A stretch of DNA of 64,000 bases from Syntrophaceae bacterium (GTDB taxonomy: Bacteria > Desulfobacterota > Syntrophia > Syntrophales > Smithellaceae), in the NCBI GenBank assembly GCA_003139775.1, contig PLGI01000198.1:964-64963 (forward strand), written 5' to 3'. A program made the translations under genes and the position numbers. The notes under the pieces were generated by a model. It searched no databases. It saw only the letters and a program-made list of their open reading frames with translations, and was not told the origin of the DNA. Of the stretch, positions 19,337 to 25,635 are shown one piece after another. Numbering within the stretch: position 1 is the first letter of the stretch; each line of letters starts with the position of its first letter.

Positions 19337-20569
19337 CTATTCAATCACGGTATAAGCGGCTTCGCTTTGTTGAGTCAAATCCAGGCCGACGAGTTCATTT
19401 TTCTCTTCAACCCTCATGCCGATAAGAGCATCGACAATCTTGAAGATTATGAAGGTCATGATTACAGCAAAGGCGACTGTGGCTAAAAGCGATAAAGATT
19501 GAACCACAAGCTGATGCGCATTGCCGAAAAGAAGACCGTTCGCGCCTGCCGCATTGACGGCTTTTTCCGCAAATAGTCCTGTGGCTATCGTTCCGACAGT
19601 TCCACCAACACCATGCACGCCGAACGCGTCCAGAGAGTCGTCGTAGCCCAGTTTGCCTTTAATGACAGCAACAGCAATATAACAAACAAAAGCAACAATC
19701 ATGCCTATAAACAACGCGTTCATCGGGTTGACAAAACCGCAGGCCGGTGTGATCGCGACAAGTCCGGCCACAGCTCCGGTAACCGTTCCCAGAATAGTTG
19801 GTGTTCCATTGTGCCACCATTCAATGAGCGCCCAGGTTAGTCCCGCTGCGGCTGTTGCCGTATTGGTGGTGACAAAAGCGTTGGCTGCTAAGCCATCGGC
19901 AGCCAACGCGCTACCCGCATTAAAACCAAACCAGCCGAACCACAAGAGTGCTCCACCCAGAACAGCAAACGGCAGATTATGCGGACGAATAGGCCCGTAA
20001 TTTAATCCAACTCTCTTTCCCAGCAACAAAGCCAAAACCAGAGCCGAAACTCCTGAGCTGATATGGACAACCATACCACCGGCAAAATCAAGCGCGCCCA
20101 GATTTTTCAGCCAGCCGCCTGTTCCCCAAACCCAATGCGCCAGAGGATCATAAACAAAAGTCGCCCAGAGAATAGTAAAGAGCAGGAAGGCCGGAAATTT
20201 CACTCTTTCCGCATAAGCGCCGATAATTAAAGCCGGTGTAATAACGGCGAACATCATTTGAAAGGCCATAAAAACACTGTGCGGTATAGTAGCGGCGTAA
20301 TCCTTATTCGGCAAGGAACCTACACCGTTTAGGCCTGCCCAACTCAAATTGCCTATTAGTCCGTGAAAATCGGGGCCGAAGGCCAGAGAGTAACCGAACA
20401 AAACCCACTGCAAACTGATTACGCACAAAATAATAAAGCATTGCATTAAAATAGAAAGAACGTTCTTCCGGCGAACGAGTCCCCCGTAAAAAAATGCCAA
20501 GCCCGGCATGGTCATCAGCAATACCAGCGCCGTGGACATCAAAACCCATGCTGTATCTCCTGAATTCAT
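19337..20569 (-). CDS. amtB: Ammonium transporter
   Basis: Amt/MEP signature sequence (DFAGGMVVHISSG, FGWFGFNAGSA). Start trimmed to MNSGDTAWVL (GAGGAGG RBS) at 20569. Confidence 0.95.
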   Translation of the reverse strand: MNSGDTAWVLMSTALVLLMTMPGLAFFYGGLVRRKNVLSILMQCFIILCVISLQWVLFGYSLAFGPDFHGLIGNLSWAGLNGVGSLPNKDYAATIPHSVFMAFQMMFAVITPALIIGAYAERVKFPAFLLFTILWATFVYDPLAHWVWGTGGWLKNLGALDFAGGMVVHISSGVSALVLALLLGKRVGLNYGPIRPHNLPFAVLGGALLWFGWFGFNAGSALAADGLAANAFVTTNTATAAAGLTWALIEWWHNGTPTILGTVTGAVAGLVAITPACGFVNPMNALFIGMIVAFVCYIAVAVIKGKLGYDDSLDAFGVHGVGGTVGTIATGLFAEKAVNAAGANGLLFGNAHQLVVQSLSLLATVAFAVIMTFIIFKIVDALIGMRVEEKNELVGLDLTQQSEAAYTVIE

Positions 20570-20597
20570 TTTTAATACCTCCTCGAAAATTTTTTTT

Positions 20598-20826
20598 ATG
20601 AGACTCAAATTTAATGAAACTCAGATATTACAAACGCCGTGCAGTAATATCTGCAAGTTGAATTATCCCGCCAAAGGCGGAGAGTAATGAAACCCAAGCT
20701 TCAGAAACGAAGTGCATAACCTAAAGGTCATCTGCGACTGAAGCTTGCAGGTTGAATTATCCTGCATAAGCAAGAGTTGAATAACCCAAAGCTTGCTTTG
20801 GGGTTTCATACCCGTGGCTTTCGACT
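20598..20826 (-). repeat. Family-1 hairpin-linker mosaic repeat, copy A-left (forms the amtB leader)
   Basis: Alternating linker words (GGATAATTCAAC.., GGGTTTCATTAC.., GAGTCTCAT) separated by perfect hairpins, e.g. 20623..20652, 20669..20679, 20696..20746, 20786..20801. Confidence 0.8.
20716..20730 (+). repeat. 15-nt core ATAACCTAAAGGTCA, copy 1 (inside a family-1 hairpin loop)
   Basis: Exact 15-mer. The loop is 21 nt longer than in the paralogous units at 20632..20643 and 21603..21614. Confidence 0.7.
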
Positions 20827-20834
20827 ATACTTAA

Positions 20835-20851
20835 GGCAAGGACAGTGCCAA
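20835..20851 (-). promoter_or_regulatory. sigma-54 promoter of amtB-glnK
   Basis: Minus-strand reading TTGGCACTGTCCTTGCC = TGGCAC-N5-TTGC, a full consensus match. Confidence 0.75.
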
Positions 20852-20932
20852 AATAAAACTTATCGCCGAAATTACCGAAATAACTGATGAATTGATGATA
20901 AACCAAGTTGCGCGATTGGAACAATTTTGTGT

Positions 20933-20970
20933 AAAGATAAGAAATAACCAACCAAAATGTAAAGGAATAC
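20933..20970 (-). promoter_or_regulatory. Degenerate copy of the nifH/permease enhancer-like element
   Basis: TAACC (20945..20949)-N9-GTAAAGGAATAC (20959..20970), same orientation and a similar distance (~90-125 bp) from the sigma-54 promoter. Confidence 0.3.
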
Positions 20971-20995
20971 GCCCTTTATACTCTCTCTTCGGAAA

Positions 20996-21197
20996 AAATC
21001 ACGGGTATGAACCCCAAAGCAAGGTTTGGAAACAAATTTCGCAGCAAGCTGCGGGATTGTTTCCAATAAACCTTTGGTTATTGGATAATTCGACTACCAA
21101 ATTTCATTACGTTGCACTTATGAAATTTGAGTCTCATTACAAATTACCAATTCCGCTGCGCTTCGCTTTAGGAATTGGAGTTTCAACAATAAAAAAA
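20996..21197 (+). repeat. Family-1 mosaic repeat, copy A-right (inverted relative to A-left)
   Basis: AAATCACGGGTATGAACCCCAAAGCAAGGTTTGG ... GGATAATTCGAC ... GAGTCTCATTAC ... CCAATTCCGCTGCGCTTCGCTTTAGGAATTGGAGTTTCAACAATAAAAAAA. Both ends align to copy D. Confidence 0.8.
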
Positions 21198-21300
21198 CTG
21201 CTGAACTCTAACCTGACATGTGGTACAGGCATCGGAGGCAGATCAGATCCATTCGACATGTTTAATTAATTTCTTCAGACGCGAAAAAATAGTTCAACTT

Positions 21301-21480
21301 ATGAAAAAAATATTGAGAATAGGATTTATCGGTACTCTTCACATGACGGTTTACCTGTGGCTGCTGCCTTTCGTAATTCTACCGAAATTCGGAAATACAG
21401 GCACAAAAATCACAGTAACCATATTGATACTGGTTTCCCTGATTGTATTATCCAGTCTGTTTATTAAAAAAAGAAAGTAG
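21301..21480 (+). CDS. Possible small (59 aa) two-TM membrane protein
   Basis: MKKILRIGFIGTLHMTVYLWLLPFVILPKF...ILILVSLIVLSSLFIKKRK; no clear RBS and no recognisable family. Confidence 0.3.
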   Translation: MKKILRIGFIGTLHMTVYLWLLPFVILPKFGNTGTKITVTILILVSLIVLSSLFIKKRK

Positions 21481-21580
21481 AATCAGCGACTGAAAATAAA
21501 ATCAATGTGACAGTAATAATATAGCGCCGTGTTCCATCTGACAGCAGTTGGACAAATTTCCCATATTTTACCCACCGGAC

Positions 21581-21666
21581 TTTAATGAGACCCAAGTTTT
21601 AGAAACGCAGTGCACTGAAACTTGATGGTCGAATTATCCCGATTGCGTAGCGTATCGGGATTGGTC
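21581..21666 (-). repeat. Family-1 mosaic repeat, copy B (one X-hairpin-Y unit plus a short hairpin)
   Basis: TTTAATGAGACCC / AAGTTTTAG-AAACGCAGTGCA-CTGAAACTT / GATGGTCGAATTATCCC / GATTGCGTAGCGTATC / GGGATTGGTC. Confidence 0.75.
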
Positions 21667-21775
21667 TTTATTACCACAAAATACCCGGTAGGAAAAATTT
21701 ATTTATATTTGATTTTATGACACATTTTTCTCTTTTCATTTTTTTGAATTGATATAGGATTGCACAAAATACTCG

Positions 21776-21790
21776 TGACCTTTAGGTTAT
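21776..21790 (-). repeat. 15-nt core ATAACCTAAAGGTCA, copy 2
   Basis: Exact reverse complement TGACCTTTAGGTTAT, flanked by direct AAAATAC...AAAATAC. Confidence 0.7.
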
Positions 21791-21892
21791 CGGAAAATAC
21801 CCACTGGGTATATTAATTGTTATCTAAGAATGTCTTGACAGATATGCATAGATGATACATACTCAGACATCTTAATTGTATGAGGTGAAACT

Positions 21893-22087
21893 ATGAGAAC
21901 AACTTTGAATATCGAAGATAACCTGATGGACAAGGCATCCAAAATGACTGGGATCAAGGAAAAAACCGCACTCGTTAAGCTTGGGCTTGAGGCTCTTATT
22001 GCCAGAGAAAGTGGCAAGAGGCTTGCAAGGCTTGGTGGGACTCAAAAGCATTTGCAGGCAATACCAAGAAGAAAAGGAGCATTATAA
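21893..22087 (+). CDS. vapB: Type II antitoxin, VapB/DUF2191-like
   Basis: 64 aa; MRTTLNIEDNLMDKASKMTGIKEKTALVKLGLEALI is typical of antitoxins paired with PIN toxins. 3-nt gap to the PIN gene. Confidence 0.8.
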   Translation: MRTTLNIEDNLMDKASKMTGIKEKTALVKLGLEALIARESGKRLARLGGTQKHLQAIPRRKGAL

Positions 22088-22090
22088 GAA

Positions 22091-22456
22091 ATGGTGCTTG
22101 TGGATACATCGGTTTGGGTTTCACATTTGAGGGATGGAAATGCTGATCTTGCAAACCTGCTCAATAATGGAAGGGTACTATGCCACCCATTAATTGTAGG
22201 CGAACTTGCCTGCGGGAATCTCAAAGACAGAGCAGGCATCCTTTCGTTTTTGCAATTGCTGCCGATGAGCATCGAAGCCGAACATGATGAAGTATTGTCA
22301 TTTATAGAGAATAACCGTTTAATGGGAAAAGGGATGGGCTATGTTGATGTCCATCTTATTACATCCGCTGTATTAACGGGTGTACCTGTCTGGACACTGG
22401 ATAAGAAACTGGCGCAAGCTGCGGATAGCCTGTACATAAAATACATAAAAAAATAG
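22091..22456 (+). CDS. vapC: PIN-domain toxin VapC
   Basis: 121 aa; MVLVDTSVWVSHLR... with conserved acidic residues (DTSV, GEL, DVHL). Confidence 0.85.
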   Translation: MVLVDTSVWVSHLRDGNADLANLLNNGRVLCHPLIVGELACGNLKDRAGILSFLQLLPMSIEAEHDEVLSFIENNRLMGKGMGYVDVHLITSAVLTGVPVWTLDKKLAQAADSLYIKYIKK

Positions 22457-22583
22457 ATAACCCCTATAAGGCTTCTTCTTGTCAAGAGCAAAATATTTCC
22501 TTGACGGAAAAAGGTGATTGCAAGAACAATTTTCGCCAGGGCACGGAGTTGCGGTAACAGAGGCAGCGATGCCGGCTTCCTGC

Positions 22584-22608
22584 TGGTTCAATCATTCTGA
22601 TTGAACCA
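22584..22608. repeat. Palindrome TGGTTCAATC-N5-GATTGAACCA, copy 1
   Basis: Perfect 9-10 bp arms, loop ATTCT. Confidence 0.8.
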
Positions 22609-22693
22609 TTTATTTAATTTTGCTATAAATTCCCAATGATTCGCTTTTATCGAAGGACAATCGAATCAGCAAATATAAAAATATCTAAATGCT

Positions 22694-22719
22694 CGGTTCA
22701 ATCTACAAGATTGAACCAG
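22694..22719. repeat. Palindrome GGTTCAATC-N5-GATTGAACC, copy 2
   Basis: Same arms, different loop (TACAA), 110 bp from copy 1 and ~90 bp upstream of the 22808 ORF. Confidence 0.8.
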
Positions 22720-22807
22720 CCTAAGAGTATATTAATTATTTTGAGTAAATAAATGATAATAACAGCATAACTTAGCAGCAATAAAAGCAACATCGAATGG
22801 AGAATAT

Positions 22808-23599
22808 ATGTTATCGGACAAAGAAACCGAAAAAGATGACAAAAGACAACGTGATATTGGGTTGCTGTCCAGTCGGACTGCGATAATAGTTGCACTATTG
22901 GCAGCCTTTACTGCAATCGTCACTTTGCTTCTCAATTATTGGTTGGTTGAGCGAACCCGCACTGATATTGCAGCGCAAACCATTGCTCTCGAAAAAATTA
23001 AAGTCGACATCGCGCTATCTGCACAAAAAACTGCAGAGTCTGTTGCAAAGATCGACGAGGCGCGTATTAGTCAAGAAAGACAGTCAGTAGCGACAATGGC
23101 ACAATTGGAATCTAAAAAGATTCAACTCGAAAATAAAAAAAGTAATCATGAACAAACAAGACTCACACCCGATATCGCCAAGCTTTCGAATGATCTTAGG
23201 CCTAATATAGTTATTTCGTGTGACGGCTCAAACAGTGATAGGAAAACAGTAAAGCTTGAGTGTAGTTTTAAAAACAATGGCGCACAACGCGTCAAAATTT
23301 ATCCTAAAACGGTCGGAATGTACGATAAAAACCAAAAGGGAATTAAGGAAGCCTTAAGCGAATTTGATGGTGAATCGAATACAATTCTACCCGGCGCCAC
23401 TGGGTCAAATACCTATACAGTCACACTAACATCTATTGGGGAAATAGTGAACCAGCCGATATATAAAATTGAATTCGACGCAATAACAGACCAACAAGCT
23501 ATTAATCTTACAAGGCGCTTGGCTAGCGGATACATCACCGAAGCAGAATTAAAAGAACTATCACGGCAAGGTTACACCATTAACCTGCATTTTAACTGA
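22808..23599 (+). CDS. Hypothetical protein: N-terminal TM anchor, coiled-coil, C-terminal beta-rich domain
   Basis: 263 aa; TM AIIVALLAAFTAIVTLLLNYWLV, then a heptad-like Q/K/E-rich stretch. No family recognised. Confidence 0.55.
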   Translation: MLSDKETEKDDKRQRDIGLLSSRTAIIVALLAAFTAIVTLLLNYWLVERTRTDIAAQTIALEKIKVDIALSAQKTAESVAKIDEARISQERQSVATMAQLESKKIQLENKKSNHEQTRLTPDIAKLSNDLRPNIVISCDGSNSDRKTVKLECSFKNNGAQRVKIYPKTVGMYDKNQKGIKEALSEFDGESNTILPGATGSNTYTVTLTSIGEIVNQPIYKIEFDAITDQQAINLTRRLASGYITEAELKELSRQGYTINLHFN

Positions 23600-23743
23600 A
23601 GCTGAGTTCCGCAAATAAAAGACCGATGACAGCAATAGCAAATAAAAAGCATGAAGGCCATAAGAACAAAGGCAATACAGCCGATCGCTTCGCTCCCGCT
23701 GATTTTTTTGTGAAAGCAACAGTCAATAATATTTTTGTCTATT

Positions 23744-23909
23744 ATTTCAATTCCAAATCAAAGATGATATCGAGGCGGCGAGGAGTAGGCACCGGAGGCG
23801 TATAACCTAAAGGTCACACGTATGAAAATACGCTGAGGAAGCCGACGACCCAGGCATGCGCCGGGCAGGCTCCGCCAACAAAGATAGCGCTTTGAGTTGG
23901 GATTGAAAT
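23744..23909 (+). repeat. Family-2 interspersed element, copy C (with terminal inverted repeats)
   Basis: ATTTCAATTCCAAATCAAAG (23744..23763) vs reverse complement of CTTTGAGTTGGGATTGAAAT (23890..23909), 18/20 match. Core GAGGCGGCGAGGAGTAGGC..GGAGGCGTAT..ATACGCTGAGGAAGCCGACGAC..GCCAACAAAG. Confidence 0.75.
23802..23816 (+). repeat. 15-nt core ATAACCTAAAGGTCA, copy 3 (inside a family-2 hairpin loop)
   Basis: Exact 15-mer flanked by direct CGTAT...CGTAT. The family-2 copies at 54583.. and 57794.. lack it. Confidence 0.7.
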
Positions 23910-25603
23910 CAAGTTTCTTCCAGTGCTTTCCGGCACTCGCTGATCAGCGCTTTTTTAGAGACACCCAGATCAACGATATCCCAGGGCAGAATTTCATCAA
24001 ATTGCTTTTGGCGGTAAACGTAAAAGTCGGGATTGATGTTTACTTCTTTCATTGCCTGCGCCCAGTTTCCCTCCAGACGATTCACAGCCAGCAATATTTC
24101 GCCCACCCGGCGATCACCCAGAGAAAGCAGGGCCTGAACATAGTTCCACTTCGGAACATCGTGAATAACCTTTATCTGCTTCTCCTGGCTAAAAGCATTC
24201 TCGATCTTTTTAATTTTTTTACCGGTGACATTGACATCGGCCAGAGCGCACCACTGCAAAGGAGTTGCCGGTTTGGGAATAAATTGATTGATGCTCAGCG
24301 TAATGCGCCGGAACTTTTTTTTGCCCTGAGAATTTTGCAGAACGTGATGTTGAATTTTTCTGGTAAGCTCAATGATGGCATCAATATCCTGTTCTTCTTC
24401 TTTGGGCAGGCCAACCATAAAATAAAGCCGCAAATTGGGAATTTCTTTTTCCACAAGTATTTCCGCGGCACGGATTATATCCGCTTCAGTTATGTCTTTG
24501 CGTAAAAGGTCCCGCATTCTCTGGCTGCCTGCTTCCGGCGCGAGCGCGACTGTCTCAATGCCGTTGGCCTTTATTAAATCAACAATCTGTTCATTGATCT
24601 GGTCAATCCGCAGGGAACCTATACCCGCCTGCGCCTTTTTCGCGATGATGTATTCACAAATATGGATGAGGTCGGGATGATCGGAGACAGCCGTTCCGAC
24701 CAGGCCTATCTTCTTTTTTCTCTTTAAACCGCGATCAATTGCGGCGATAATCTCTGCCTTGCCGCGGAAACGCGCCGGGCGATAAGCGAAGCTGGCCGCG
24801 CAAAAGCGGCAGCTTCGAGCACAGCCTCTGTTTACTTCCACCAGAAACATATCTTCCATTTCAGTCTGGGGCGCGCTGATAACTTCTTCCGTACAAAAAG
24901 CATTGATATCTTTTATGTGCTTGATTTTGATTTTCTCCGGCAATCCCGCATCTTTTGGCATAATTGACTGAATCCTGCTTTCTGCCGAATACTTTACTTC
25001 ATAAAGACCCGGAACATAAATATTGTTTATTTTCTTTTGCAAACTTTTAAGTAATTTCCGGCGATCATAATTAAGGTGTCGTGCTTCTTCAAAATAACGG
25101 CAAAATTGCGGCAATGTTTCTTCGGCTTCACCCAGAATAAACAAATCAAAAAAATCGGCTAGAGGCTCAGGATTAAGCGTAAGCGCAATACCGCCGCCGA
25201 TAACCAACGGATAACTATCCGGTCGGTCTCTGGCTAAGAGAGGGATCCCTGCCAGCGCCAGCATTTTTAAAACATGGGGATAATCGTTTTCGAAGGATAA
25301 AGAAAAAGCCAAAATGTCAAATTCGGCAATTGACTTTTGGCTCTCCATACTAACCATTTCCGCCGCTCCGGAAACGAATTCGGCGTCGTTTCCGGAAGCG
25401 GGCAGAAATACTCTCTCACAAAGGAAGGAGGACTGCTCATTAAATATTTTATAAACCGTTTGGAAACCCAGGTTCGCCATACCCGTCCGGTAATAATTGG
25501 GATAAGCCAGACAAACCGTATTGCAGGTGCCCCAAACTTTTTTTACATATCCTGTTTCACTCTCCAGAACGGCGACATATTTTTTTTTCAGTTTCCAATC
25601 CAT
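23909..25603 (-). CDS. B12-binding-domain radical SAM protein (TIGR03960-like)
   Basis: 564 aa; N-terminal YPNYYRTGMANLGFQTVY and a radical-SAM core VEVNRGCARSCRFCAAS. Confidence 0.75.
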   Translation of the reverse strand: MDWKLKKKYVAVLESETGYVKKVWGTCNTVCLAYPNYYRTGMANLGFQTVYKIFNEQSSFLCERVFLPASGNDAEFVSGAAEMVSMESQKSIAEFDILAFSLSFENDYPHVLKMLALAGIPLLARDRPDSYPLVIGGGIALTLNPEPLADFFDLFILGEAEETLPQFCRYFEEARHLNYDRRKLLKSLQKKINNIYVPGLYEVKYSAESRIQSIMPKDAGLPEKIKIKHIKDINAFCTEEVISAPQTEMEDMFLVEVNRGCARSCRFCAASFAYRPARFRGKAEIIAAIDRGLKRKKKIGLVGTAVSDHPDLIHICEYIIAKKAQAGIGSLRIDQINEQIVDLIKANGIETVALAPEAGSQRMRDLLRKDITEADIIRAAEILVEKEIPNLRLYFMVGLPKEEEQDIDAIIELTRKIQHHVLQNSQGKKKFRRITLSINQFIPKPATPLQWCALADVNVTGKKIKKIENAFSQEKQIKVIHDVPKWNYVQALLSLGDRRVGEILLAVNRLEGNWAQAMKEVNINPDFYVYRQKQFDEILPWDIVDLGVSKKALISECRKALEET

Positions 25604-25635
25604 GGTTTTATCATGGCCTATTTCCTGTCAAAACT

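Noticed and set aside
20757-21269. Track ORFs 20757..20951(-), 20872..21066(-), 20892..21269(+) and 44556..44759(-).
   Set aside because: They lie entirely inside the interspersed repeats or the amtB regulatory region, and have no RBS or recognisable protein features.
20598-21666. CRISPR-like appearance of words such as GGGATTGAAAT, GGAGTTTCAAC, GTTGAATTATCC.
   Set aside because: There are no identical direct repeats at regular 60-75-bp spacing, the 'spacers' are themselves palindromic and recur at other loci, and there are no cas genes in the window.
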